A stretch of 64,000 bases of DNA, from assembly GCA_944381185.1 (NCBI GenBank), contig CALWKE010000002.1:217731-281730 (forward strand). Direction: 5' to 3'. The stretch is from an uncultured Clostridia bacterium (GTDB lineage Bacteria > Bacillota > Clostridia > Christensenellales > UBA1242). The stretch's first letter is position 1; each line of letters begins with the position of its first letter. A model generated the notes under the pieces. It was not told where the DNA came from, did not search any database, and saw only the letters and a list, made by a program, of their open reading frames with translations. Positions 51,101-54,172 of this stretch are shown here, piece by piece. The position numbers and the translations under genes were made by a program.

Positions 51101-54092
51101 CAATTTTGATATATCAACAAAATGTGGTTTCTTGGTATTCAATTCTGTTGATGGTAGTAATGATTACTATGTTCCATCACTCTATGCAACCACTTCAAAA
51201 TCAGGATTTAGTAGTGAATCAAATGAATATTTTGGTGAAATTTACAAAGACGCTGATGGCAACTTATATGTTAAAAAAGAAAAAACTACTTATCATTTAA
51301 ATAAAACTGGAGAGTCAGACCCTACTCTTACAACAGAATCTAAAGAAATTTACTTTAGAGTTATTAAATATTATGAAACTGACACTTATGCAGAATATAG
51401 TGCAGACTATATTAGTGATTATGTAAACAAATCATCTGATTATGATGATGAATCAACTCCACTTGTAATTTTTGATTCTAAAAACATTTCAACTTATGAA
51501 AGTGCTGAAGGATCTAAATTTAACATTAGTCAAAATAAATTCTACAGCAATGAAATTTTAAATGTAACTGGAAATATTGTTGCTGGAAACAGCAAATATA
51601 TCTACTCTATCTTCTATTTTGATAATGAAGGAAACTTTGTTTATGATGGATATGCACACCATGTAACAACAAAAGAAATTTCTGAATCAACAACTGGTTC
51701 TATACCTTATATGGTTTACAACCAAACAGTAACAATTGACGGCGTTGATTACATATTTGCAGTATCTGCATCAACTGCACTGGGAACATATAATCCAGAC
51801 ACAAATAACACAAACTGGTGGGTTCAATACACAACTGCTTATATTGACACGGTTATTTCAAATTACACATTGAATGGTGGTGATTCAAATTCATCTAACC
51901 CATACAAACAAGCTTATGAAAATATTATGAGAACAATAATATTGACATCTGAATATGATTCTAATTTAGCAACAAATCGCACTAATAATATCTCTAGCAC
52001 AAATATTAATAACTACATTGAAAATTATTCAAAATTTGTTGATATTTCTAGAGGTTCAAGTGGTGATGTTGTTAAATTGAAAGAAAATTTATTCACAATT
52101 TCAATTGATGGAAATGAATATGATAGTTCAAGTTTCAGAAGTGACAGAACAACAATAACTTCATCAGATTCTGATAATCCATTTATGCAAGGTGAATTTT
52201 ATGGAACTTTACATTATAAATATGTTACATCAGCAGATGGTGTTCTTCAGATAATTTTATATGCTGAATTACGCATTCCATATAATTCAAATGGTCAACC
52301 ACCTATTGTAACAATTACTGGACATGATAATAAGATTGCTAATGGTGAAGACCCTAATTATAACCTGTCTTATGTCGGTGCAACTGTTAATTATAATAAT
52401 GTATATGAAGACCATAACCTTAACCTATCAGAAACAGATACAAACTATAAGCCACTTTCTGTTACAGAAAGGTTTGCGACAAGATATGATAACTACACCT
52501 CTGGTGTTGGAGTTGACTCATATTACATTAGCCAACCTCAAGATGTAACTGGATTCTTCCAAGAAATCTATACTGGCGGTTATTCAAATTCAAACACAGC
52601 TGAAATTCCTAATCTTAATGTTACTGTTAATTTGGTGTATAGACATCAAATAAAACAAATTTTAGCAAATGTAACAATAGATGAAAACGAATCTATGGTT
52701 GGTGAAGATTATATGACAAATAATAATAATCAAACAACCATAAGTCTTTTGAATAACAGTTCATATAGTTTCTTATCAAACAATTCAAATTGGCAGAAAT
52801 TATATAGCAAAAATCTTTTAAATGAACAAGTTTTAGCAGAATCTCCAGTAAATGATGATTTGATTGATTTATTAGGAAATAAAGGTAAGAAGAATCCTGA
52901 TCCAAATCAAATCAGAATGAATGGTTGGATGATTGAGCAATATAGTGTTTATGTTATTCCAAACGCATATCTAGTTCTTGATATGATTGATTCAATTATT
53001 CATGATAAGAGATATGCAAGTCGTGCATCAGTTAAAAAAGAGGCAACAATGTATCAAGCATACATTTTAACTTATGACCCTGAATGCTACTCTCAAAATC
53101 AATATCTGTTTAGTGAAGATTCTAAATATACTTATAAAGAATTATTTGAATTTTTAACACTCTATTACAGAGATGATGATGGCAATACGAACATTAACTT
53201 GCCAAGTCCAAATCAAGTAAAGAGCTTTATGAAAGTTAGAAAAATTGACTTCTTCACAACAGCAAGGCGTGGTGTTTACTCTAACTTTACCGGCAACTAC
53301 TTCACTCAAAATGACTTGCTTGTGACATCAACAATTTTAAAGCCAAAATATCAAGAAGCACTTGAATACGATACGCGAATTATATGGCTTATTGAAAATT
53401 ATGGTGGTTCTCGTCCTTATAGTTATTATGATAATGCAACAGCATCAATTGACTATTCAGGGCAAAATAATACTGGTAAAATCAATATGTCACCTGCAAC
53501 AATAGGAAACAAATATTTAACTGATAGCATTTCTCAAGGTTTGATATTCCAATTCTATAGGTTGCAATCAGACTTGACTAGTGACAAGTTGGCAACTATT
53601 GGTGCGGTATCACTTCTATCTCCAGATGAATTTTCAACTGGCGGAGGGTCAAGTGGTTCGCAACAAATTAACTATATAACATCAAATGTTGAAATTAATG
53701 CATTCATGTTATATGACGAAAATAACGACTACGATTCTAAAGATAACTATAAAAACAGAGCTGTTATTGAAGAATTTTGTTTCATAAGAACATATGCATC
53801 TGATATTATTGATGTCGGTTCAAAAATTGGTGCAGGACTTGCAATAGCTGTTTCAATACTTGTCTCTGGTGGTACGGCGACAGCAATTTGGGCTACTATC
53901 GGTGGTGTTTTATTAGTCGGTGGTAATGTCGTATCTAATTTAGGACAAGGTCAAGAAGCCATAATTAGTGGATTATTCCAATTACTTCCTGACACTGTGT
54001 TAAATGGTATTTCTGGTGATGATTTTGAAAAACAACTAGAATATCTTTATAACCAAGGTGCGGGCACCGAATGCTTACTGCATCAGACATGA
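24153..54092 (+). CDS. Giant (9,979 aa) predicted cell-surface protein with an N-terminal lipoprotein-type signal peptide, divergent Listeria-Bacteroides (Flg_new)-like beta modules and a C-terminal hydrophobic anchor
   Basis: One open frame of 29,940 nt. The other five frames over the same interval give no ORF above 107 aa in the track. Strong RBS. N-terminus is MKKLAKSNSKRILSKLAKSISLCLLAFVSIFFVAC|GQ. The C-terminus contains IGAGLAIAVSILVSGGTATAIWATIGGVLLVGG. A terminator follows the TGA stop. Confidence 0.9.
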   Translation: MKKLAKSNSKRILSKLAKSISLCLLAFVSIFFVACGQTSSAKESGFDANGRYRLNAPNIIHYNQTSDGTYNEYTGSFLVPMEFYNGNDYKSQTSGLDAFNLENFLKNYDQVGNWAISENDGTRLSSTDLLYPDYTFWVDGIIYQVHVSVNLSQLEIVRTAGGSANSYFNATNYVSALDDLSNIFKFSYRVGTSGVWQDADGFISAVYLKVNDATNTTDVISGKLGNQDDSYDKVFYMAFNPILQNGNTTRRIRVKATPNANISSDLSAVGSSASVEYKNRGDSIYSQTIVYKAYKMSFESYSPNSAYLDYGQLSYDKNKFFFYDEQTTFSLSTNKYYLTKIDGYFPEGRIVEVNREFDNDANGDDYALQSWTANRKGQTTLVTQETILNGINFDLFEDYDRGYHSLFGTTLNEKYFAIKSFINDSDVYSNGSSYTTFENITISNDQSTRTGTVYVVSKSDYNNYTFYANFIKINNFVLKGTLFDAEKILNVENAKLENVSYQIYNKDGVAYPDKSGTTADYTFEFTGLAYGDYVVFTKEDNTDPDNPISYKFYGNDISGLTVAGDSEFNVLKNYVTRETKLTAIVVTEIYNNVVSYVDPDSMSFVFNNRSYYVDENTVYDSNGNECTNFSVEYIYKVLDLTNVSVLATKYDDDTSLVVNVYALNNGDLIDPTEQGISYEVIKSVTSHVDQLGFVKTTVYVSVVLPSNATVQSYNVITDNSININLFQNSNNEFNKILKIVTLKNKEQVTNYYYVDITSNLNSSQVTVSSNGGNYLIYNDEYFAYAFKNVYNNTNYYIYQSCVSENMLVSYTSGSTQLYDFLDLETINYSTNSSDANYLAETAGGTISTGSIYSYILFNGYTYFLAPSDMDISIEGLKLTSNLPNEKFDVNVSYENEINFDEESIIQSILSSNNRTTYTKDETFNIYSGRFSIVGNLVDKYFYNLKVSAEYKLNDATHTIKSEMESLDPVVLSIEQVKFENSSEQTTYFTFYYDGVKYYYFSGKVYSQYDQYGETHFYGEISPDSNGFYEEFDYAKAAIDPSTQTVVFSKPVFTYLNRTYYLKIETTIDGKTVYTLHSDFFCTSDPIDFVSAYGYKNYSITGSNTSFSLTLVRYSVSIQSSLISNTYYINPESEYIFTNFECTQILDSGDDKYEIDLDNSKFILYNTYRTMVKFNVSGSTNYNGTYYFIDSSLVLFEKVNENYNSIKKFVYYGVSIDATNKKLSANFGTTLITKVTTINNGSFNINISNGEIEITSDTSIVDAKNAYQTVNKYFGSSNTSITATAYPTDMELSAFLIGDDYYYINEKSNELTIYAESNFTEGKILADKMLWTISEDLQSIQNIRYFSTKLGRVFESDDETYTLYDLYSDAVTSDNYKLDEIFVKIGNKSDILDSRVAYANKITLFGNSFYYESKTYYINPDEFQEGKVATIYSDEECTTKVDDIELFYNDQFTLIQITQNAETNAISLAQSIYIHDVYSIKETNVDTNRYEITLGNPTSNSPLNPTMSINGFNVDYKQDYTAKSKESICYAYYDIDSYTHLNEATNNHETQYFLTTPIAKNSVKIDENGNDITTLLFYYGVSNFDELRNNGSIVLGNEILRSTGHTAFKNAIGAKIDNSCYYYVNELGDPSTVYVYQEKTNHSNGQIVYSETEYYDEHGNLYEGEVYIKQSVFYTALFKSNSETISEMSNSETNIVDNYELKFKRTTSTGDLMYQVEYNGKVYYFSETTSPTIGDRYDLYTANVKTENGKSTDSGYDVTIIDSSTARLNYQSFTPGATSGYLTDQNGNVYNFNSSITAGDQGGNYSIVSNLDQKQDPIVELPGGAYDNFNSIIYQIRDNDTYYYQNNVVYSMVDEPLNKIRFVLNYTLYICYDSTSAVVPVNLYVINTVDNSSTGTYDGYCYIEDGKTVNAGQTVTIIKPLKDSAGKQIKFSDLYTALISGQKSIDMQFLYGSYRDDAQIYYYDANSTYYLLNGGIYYKYDEKSSSFVAATGEVNPGRLTRVNSKQNVGFSFYYNNKYYYADAVDGNVYEVDALDGHRSNKINSTYKYDTSSQTIYLSDGTTIFAKFNYSNNTVVIDGVTYPAVKSVYDYFTEKVYYLNNNSKLYKATTFDNSNSASYKFEDSDLVTEFNYIYISTDNTFEFRPAARYFVFANYKLTAITRDNATEGSDSFELIQAINSNGYATHIPSNRIITQSTVQYTNQSEYYKEPEFENKLERKIKSNVVEGGNSTHYVSGGLENSDLITLLGKFSISDSTGAVVTYPSYSILIPTTTGSAITDEDSYYPVDNTISSNATEGFPGVTMIDGVPYINQMFVFDVYHKQGMPAEVDLSILINSGYYVELISSIVEKENSQIITDFSTVTFRDTLANLNGNDYLDNMYYIVDSINYGTIAGYRLARNVSDNLTHVNYTTYYNEYRDDSSQYAYIFMYLNEYLELSAEERNSYYGLIYDHINYYQLYTSAVRITDCAMNSELSDSFIYYSDTTQIGDNGSTIYVDHIYRLVNGAFSELIDEECAIWESSSSKLTDIPYYDIHTYYQDEEGMIYLTSDIVSENQNAICEGLSGLELGATSSSSADVNYDNVIVAGLTTAFKVKTEDLQTSPTNNSFQGYWLDKAISVMNGSESANVYLECSTESVVLLASPLITFDGEIYYRLKQWKVYSRENSEYLMINNDAMAIIGDELYSPILRFTSNASGYYLFLPVYERVYSISLATEVQDGSINVGGSVSIESSSPSVSIDEDDYQDQTYFIDYLKPSDENYYYSSIETNTFLYFTGHFNSEGRPLFKQLGLSDDYSNSSSKSYMLFYYNESITTRYKLATFVGQNMISCEDVDVLSGVLKEGKSGLIRVTNNNGQYRFSQNYSYEQTLSTVNVFYDSYSFRPYVYNGEQCYIYSSNSNYNYYTITEILSYSMSTERVEEEINTTYKFRVVLQNNSFYIISDATYKNIIANSSITIDGLLTSQNKIANLVVLNFNVARQSSDDNYRQPYYSNASNNLNSGELYADENGNVYSTLQYKTNYYDRDSEILLKATAKTGYRLEGWYLATFDETYGWQVSENDITSEISTNYSDEIIKTEFANSSYVTTYTLSKKRYLPNGQTTNMTYSISSNVYIDVLFSDDMSEVPSSVVSNYAGIFANLGSSRTSPYFVQVYSKNGSTTDLYYDAEFTKPLKLTDFSVRVASFNDLWTNNYIGYMNFYDAVMTNYTYEGTTVKTDFQQLSNGDYISQSIKYTFNSQEVYAIYRYNDRTFSYDISYYRNYENGNYYVDENNVLHITNLHSNIRIVAKFIEIYKAFVFNEAEEESGISVEALYYYNEDDSKTTIRTSASGSNLTSDDIKLDGANNYFGAMALENGNPYRFSLMNDESDTSKTLFSNTESDPSKTYFDTIYNQTSKNNFNALSQLAGGTGSFEKNAYAIYRSDDYMISLRNFYFDSGTTIFLLIRLESGQQLSIHSLGLNQNYVLNFLFEPDMNAVESLNEDIDYVYYILKVTFDKNMEQTNGLTTTMGNQNPEYVLHPEKAMNLTSDVLSGNNIDFYDSYFDTFLKFNTSYSSDINMSETNYLKVVSGSNEFDLKIAYNIVSTAKYAKSFSFSQTMAETLFYWLVKNKNQGLIDLVNDDTLYKKVVQFGSDDVKNYTFNFSDYLTEQSSYQTRYNAIKTYIIEAFKMIYLTQKSNNAGYNFVRAVQTVVDYLDEVGIEIEIKTKAGEEVNYKTLSTINYYLTVSGDLYINQVLIDLILDSIVEVISPNSSLRDNLTIYTANIVAELQYRTYSRLSDFVRDLNQIIYAATYKSEIFSIDYVLYSKTYYEMLSDVETDQVSYENYISSATSTRENNMLNGINKIFYNSIQKFANYSISSSASDAITSVEGGLSLIEPKNIYTYGGPFANGIINYINLSSIKIYTVSVSTSIIDTVNISSDDSLDDQVVVSSDTNFMQNPYYILDDTIYTAGGVSSSLGDLTYIGGAYQEDITSTPVRYNIGYKKYQTFTNKFYHSSDSELYIREGDDINYSSYGDVTFAEYSIILLGGLRIKYGPRGGSANIGSSNPYDDVLTRTSNSETFFSASYKAIYDDYGNLYYVMQNDETREIYIYSNDYSTIYILPTGSINYSSVNSFEDAQEHISKAYHFAGWYLQTFNEDNGMWSNMECVSTDLYRPFVTTATSNINIAAIFAEVTNLKVTYDPETVNVSFETDEDSCGNKTLTTVNPDGTETLSGWFYYSSNPILMVSPLGGFRIANSFDFTYKTMDGDTFSYNVDLKNKEQTDGNNVVTTFDAELFGFLHYNQDTAKIEEANFNDISLTDVSYLQVNFTELMKTFNKDGDELASAFGTFDFTLNTEFIVLTYFVVEGYVESDEITGDDVVKSSIALYSYNNVKNEIDEVFFLTNSGNDVSTLEFNERYPVGKDSANNTIVVELQGSSLIFYGYFDYEKYNSYIDSSNPGNTNEFSLVTGIYHDNSVTTSEEYSAWLTNLTNMITGVNFTGNSLNNSPNTIKNEKVIYFYYGNNQTDAQDINSGANLDQSYHIIHLRATKSVNSILTVEENFYEVKTDGTVDKVDVNPTVPVPIMLIYNTDYYGEIGVNEGALKGNNGQLTFENKFSAQYKFGKNAGDNKNSYLTLSISEDYEYYYDKATDTYYKFVGYYTNSDQIIKKDNTDLIYNFSELPGGTIHAVFIKIMPISIYVTSGGSYSIEIKNNTLLTSGFWKDTIGNSIEGTSGISLDIGTANRYFSTETNSVITDKSFNYVIYGSNVTISPLATDGYAISSVTVDNNLITDENNYTTKIEYYDQTHTFQYIYSNAHIVTIKQYQLSSLSESAIAELYNDKSLAKLFVKQIDFNDADFLNSLIFDRYTNANIDKVNMKLSLADGADFYIYFFAPSTMQFVGFYKNGVLIAGSKDITPLKSITIGGETYTVYELRFSEVNNGKGAISDLSLEVRFSSIVTFETIIDGLTPDNSGEYPYDNILDDSQMEVVLDDDKNIIEYVISKTSNGNQTLGLNTNKTNPISISSGDVIDYNIFTVPNAEYSFVNYFFYKKYEATRLSSSATNNVWYSVNYEGQTYFFREDLTDLYETMDEENGVPTGDRVGVNATLDESGKYVLVESIISYNSDTNITINSIMIDNILDGQPLRIYAKFAQVVKLTFTKSVNPHNDDKNFYESPETNEEFLNYFNALIVYTNPNGNETTATLSDGLSTTITLAKSSTVRVYPYIAPQVENRYITTDTIYISTENTSRAEFKAVDGVFTIYTNASLNSYTDLSTTLQFYSAYTITINKTINGEGMDDNITNANKSNDMIHMINLSSLAEYSDGSLPVSDTHYLTSYDLIYEDIRNTTSITKLAYHNADSYTLTYPISRSSSSGTYYTTQTLSTSLMSGTNISNLVFYGWYLNGYLYSTNSTITLPLNNFMQLSTETDGYIIIYNNNSNENVISSVVPLSYDSSQGNYSFIFNDTTYRISKGTDLENFTGKIEAGGISFEYVYMASDNITFTASYGTFTKVSYTTNPIQEDGNILVNSTLSGNLLGITTSNEAITGSVGNYYIYDDTAYYNILANSKLQDSIANLGDYKLSAAVQSYTLKEDSLNNPNNSVYALTGSNLLITGGHLIGYRVIRYEFTGKRLVIRSTLNGDGQIVYTYSTEDIGNRSVSVLSGDNSMGYINLGTNEILTEIKVTVVFEEVYQVSTTVSTLDSYDDNNVSSSTSTNGGSIEVYSYNSQSSIDVNDGTFYSNTYDMLSITPKANDGYTFVGLFLDGQYLGEDQLGYDTYARTEPIILDLKNLGFAGDDCKSILLEARFAKNIKFTIRLAIEDTNLRDTIYNLYGISDRNSDLFDIKITLSSIYSNIVYGASGDVPLTEEELTKSIWDYMPVKVNVGDTYDTTENYYFEDGTPYSRDDDDGYWDEYGKATPTNPLYTHDDEFLYIEFTVAYGTHVEFEVASEDPQIQFNNNVRTYHFNGWYLYNRNQISLSNSVIDYSTVLDLYATQDYYGSTIEIIAKYDLDDVSETISTTKEIEIIDEANANLDIDINSINTSNYENGILTLNGKEYMFAGWWQVVADSTRPSTYILISNDFFDELPTVNYLVARFVRLMPITITLPEESSGYVQTRLNYRYFYTFNDVNDNRIQNYITENNNLVLHYNVPIDTYFNNTNIFAYTGHYFTITDSIKTDNYVSYIVSSSDRVNNTIGERQDVESLNYIEHNGNIYYINNNTLYNKVSAEDGSIRFYNVDSTGAETNLTIEQLDPTINSYTIRGNQVTIYYGTNNSVSRTIVAANYVIYNNNVYFVVGSNLYSSVKATDESVISSIDINGTTIYYLILNNVVIFSTDNNSNIGLSGTSIEIESINKAGFKYEVESDYDVLSVIDGGYTISYIVTTIEDDGSYGVTDSVAGGRFVSQSINTVGGTESTSKYVYSSNFPILNLRLSPSTGYTFIGLYINGEYVENSYNTLSLSINLSDYSSDIVVEAKFAKNISIEYRLSVDNSDSKSFIYQELGLTDLAIEGLINNIYSSINASYTLGDEIYSSSININDINIEDNEVSLIFIVTVPYGTRLTFGINSNLHEVQASNGTPYYFYGWYLYENNDISQSNSLVTSGGSFTIYAIDDGESTLQFVAKYLKSENTSPIYTTANIEVYSYVDDQLMIQSVSYNEFINTYGDLQLRKTINGKEYLFAGWWQVINDRTKILVSNNPTDQELISNCIGRYIELKTITIDYSEQSSISISGNLHQSFSYAQSTTISSPILSADIDVGNSDLIITTTIFSAFTNVVIRAHNGFYFRNENDVYDATEVTGLEFKLHGENYSDLFTVSNNTSEIADVYIRYSRVYSDENQFLTNVENSNPNDEVVVAIQNNNNTFRVSIVAENISTTINDANRENASSSIFVVMNGISQNNLNQNQFLDSTIQSIYIEDRIIYIYNNALYKNLLSLKIYKERFDDVYYITQNNVNYYIEFDSYGNFLKLTDSDGKDVSLNVITGYSTNVALITPDKYTLYIYTNKATNDEYNLKTTVTSDTVSCDIEYTNSNNIKATETFMIANNVVDRYYTRYTHLVVTLSKEYYTESFLGFRIIYDSGITTFYSAKVYGYSLSLIVNESVTISAQFEEAINDPNSAASNNGSSSGGNQGTEQGAPSDKPEYGDGDDQTGEIVTIETTNTSSIQYLHEIQLNISGTRLNFVYDYSSNSFEVSGNNEFGISVAGIANTSVSDDLGQIFYRNATISIPLSVYESNTITFDIITYNIYTLNVSVSQNDSSTVSSGGNNEYIAEIDILYPHDYMENQNAGNRTEFINNIKLYMYLSSIISTKDCDIISGIKLSDTMTENGFIDGFYAFETNVQLQDGVTTGAKLTGTTADGEGKYDGNVVLIQTDIYNYSLVYNFRTQGTIRIYIHPQYFTGSGYDANRTSSLILGIAEEDLIKDIIIVGNPDNQDITVGELTFDPNYKRQPSANSATGSWYVDITYYFSEPISIYFKSTYLSFSNYYYYNNGQTTPENVTQLSKDPYPLYSNNSALSISYDEYLSLRKSSQNGDMVILNCVASESIKSTTVKFEYEKANLKLTVEINGKNYIYNSNNGIFTCSATTGQTTYNTQQVELVNEIDSNDTISLTVQSFYDSSNAKYPFNIKFIYGHELVSNGARFNVELIDFEAKYQYSGLEGPNDPIVKVKDFGTYLLGFKNAYCENASQLITVSTTPGLVEPEFTFQLGENFADSNEIIIETNRYYYILYMKDYTYMNGDYGVPTIELNVTEPGVGSNKYVPLATHGTDGGRKHTFALYAYVLDGSAVEVIAGAPDESDTEHLVYGILYRENFNTLTESVLIETLLDGDINNYIYSQNNNGAIMDASVPSAIIKSETAGFTSISNLTSSTTKYIYIPESSRAYIADYYGIEGVASDIKLVGIIAPGNSSEYKYGSNPILNISSHTNGYNFIIEQSTYGSEVIFIQEVDDKYKYSQKEILEQNGNIYIDADDDEAVNSLTYTRFETTQITVYLLNNSVSQYSYLVSSSYNSNGLTTGFYKQLVLPPINEGKEMDFIVKDTIESYIEDTSVTESTFNNSVYYTIGINGSMQIAEKYENGKVYFIRSDKDLIIHGITLHYGGKDYYITNTGIYDDPSFEKEYNPAEKSIFIQPNYDDYSVKIYHFTYTFKLNGQNYTYDGKDVKDSNGNIVQGASVDFTGIPILTIGTASDIATSISIDPSATETISLIDKEEYNEIQNELQENANNPDYEDTHKYVYKLIKVRIVESEYIEYTLNDEENALIELEDGNSVSSDIVISYETKERRGVYYVEINGTIYYINNVTLYKDFECTIPVENDELDNYIVYYKEMYIDKNATPLEVKEDASGYHFGTGDAIYDFDIVTGDLTADSLKPSKPDPNYPDDPTKVINLTYRFDSPIVKIDSNKYNTVKEDIYVDQFNVGGVNYYINNLKLYSDYPFIDANKYVPNSDNPNTISSYHIFPEFIRYDSVRYTKVNDNPSDYNAIQYQSDSGETITLNESTGVVTKIIDGVSTDITSNVKFSNSKVVRYKLYVENADGSVTESSSEQIINSGKDYIIDIINSEATGSFSSTYTDVTITKLQANAYDGYYIKGFVIFSDAELAKDRNMWLHYELDTTTANGLAGLQGLDTYSSFKYMNYIPIEYQTYQSDVNDAYELIKDENGNIVSVALNINLKLNGSFKIYAVYAPVIYSVSFNILNVQEIISKDGVINYNDIYNRFLISDNLEETTAGYIKGQMLAEHGGNAWIRAFANQGSEFIGLSLAYSSMTEQIQSIYSNLTIDNNLSVDEVINSGILDAGDEGLDDDKLNLYKAQGVNAPYEENGTKKYYFLSEKNMYYDIYGNPENPDDTNYVNSGNINATSSTDKINSLFLFNITDDVTLNFYFKSIEYTLDIVIGESNSGYYDSDNDAGTNSNGVDNASGSDSFLSYGEDVINGTNENGESWKNPTNNMVSEALGDLPYTDVISSEGSKVDDASGFYSLDKENPYKFISDTDPLVYTIFDYQGNLISAQWKDANGAITERVNPSAILSSTINFDISTKCGFLVFNSVDGSNDYYVPSLYATTSKSGFSSESNEYFGEIYKDADGNLYVKKEKTTYHLNKTGESDPTLTTESKEIYFRVIKYYETDTYAEYSADYISDYVNKSSDYDDESTPLVIFDSKNISTYESAEGSKFNISQNKFYSNEILNVTGNIVAGNSKYIYSIFYFDNEGNFVYDGYAHHVTTKEISESTTGSIPYMVYNQTVTIDGVDYIFAVSASTALGTYNPDTNNTNWWVQYTTAYIDTVISNYTLNGGDSNSSNPYKQAYENIMRTIILTSEYDSNLATNRTNNISSTNINNYIENYSKFVDISRGSSGDVVKLKENLFTISIDGNEYDSSSFRSDRTTITSSDSDNPFMQGEFYGTLHYKYVTSADGVLQIILYAELRIPYNSNGQPPIVTITGHDNKIANGEDPNYNLSYVGATVNYNNVYEDHNLNLSETDTNYKPLSVTERFATRYDNYTSGVGVDSYYISQPQDVTGFFQEIYTGGYSNSNTAEIPNLNVTVNLVYRHQIKQILANVTIDENESMVGEDYMTNNNNQTTISLLNNSSYSFLSNNSNWQKLYSKNLLNEQVLAESPVNDDLIDLLGNKGKKNPDPNQIRMNGWMIEQYSVYVIPNAYLVLDMIDSIIHDKRYASRASVKKEATMYQAYILTYDPECYSQNQYLFSEDSKYTYKELFEFLTLYYRDDDGNTNINLPSPNQVKSFMKVRKIDFFTTARRGVYSNFTGNYFTQNDLLVTSTILKPKYQEALEYDTRIIWLIENYGGSRPYSYYDNATASIDYSGQNNTGKINMSPATIGNKYLTDSISQGLIFQFYRLQSDLTSDKLATIGAVSLLSPDEFSTGGGSSGSQQINYITSNVEINAFMLYDENNDYDSKDNYKNRAVIEEFCFIRTYASDIIDVGSKIGAGLAIAVSILVSGGTATAIWATIGGVLLVGGNVVSNLGQGQEAIISGLFQLLPDTVLNGISGDDFEKQLEYLYNQGAGTECLLHQT
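41090..42380 (+). repeat. Copy A of a divergent tandem module of about 430 aa inside the giant ORF
   Basis: Colinear with copy B. Shared anchors are GYTFVGLFLDG, EARFAKNI, YHFNGWYLYN, IIAKY and NGKEYMFAGWWQV. A 37-nt stretch from 42207 is identical at 36 of 37 positions to the stretch from 44061. Confidence 0.8.
43130..44220 (+). repeat. Copy B of the divergent tandem module
   Basis: Anchors GYTFIGLYING, EAKFAKNI, YYFYGWYLYEN, FVAKY and NGKEYLFAGWWQV occur in the same order as in copy A. The anchor offsets are in frame (2004 nt and 1854 nt). Confidence 0.8.
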
Positions 54093-54101
54093 TGAAAAAT
54101 A

Positions 54102-54138
54102 AAAAACCAATTTAATATTGGTTTTTTATTTTTTTTAT
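54102..54138 (+). terminator. Intrinsic terminator after the giant ORF
   Basis: AAAAACCAAT-ttaat-ATTGGTTTTT (10 bp) followed by a long T-run, starting 10 nt after the stop codon. Confidence 0.8.
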
Positions 54139-54172
54139 TTGTATTTAAAATTAAATTTGCTATAATAAATAT

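Noticed and set aside
24844-52905. About 20 short ORFs (60-107 aa) in other frames or antisense within the giant gene
   Set aside because: - All are nested in the 29.9-kb frame.
- None has an RBS or a recognisable motif.
- Their lengths are what is expected by chance opposite a long Asn/Tyr-rich coding frame.
24153-54092. Giant ORF as an assembly artefact of collapsed or expanded repeats
   Set aside because: - Internal repeats are highly divergent, with only short near-identical islands.
- There are no long identical nucleotide repeats that would mislead an assembler, and the frame is intact throughout.
- Without reads this cannot be fully excluded.
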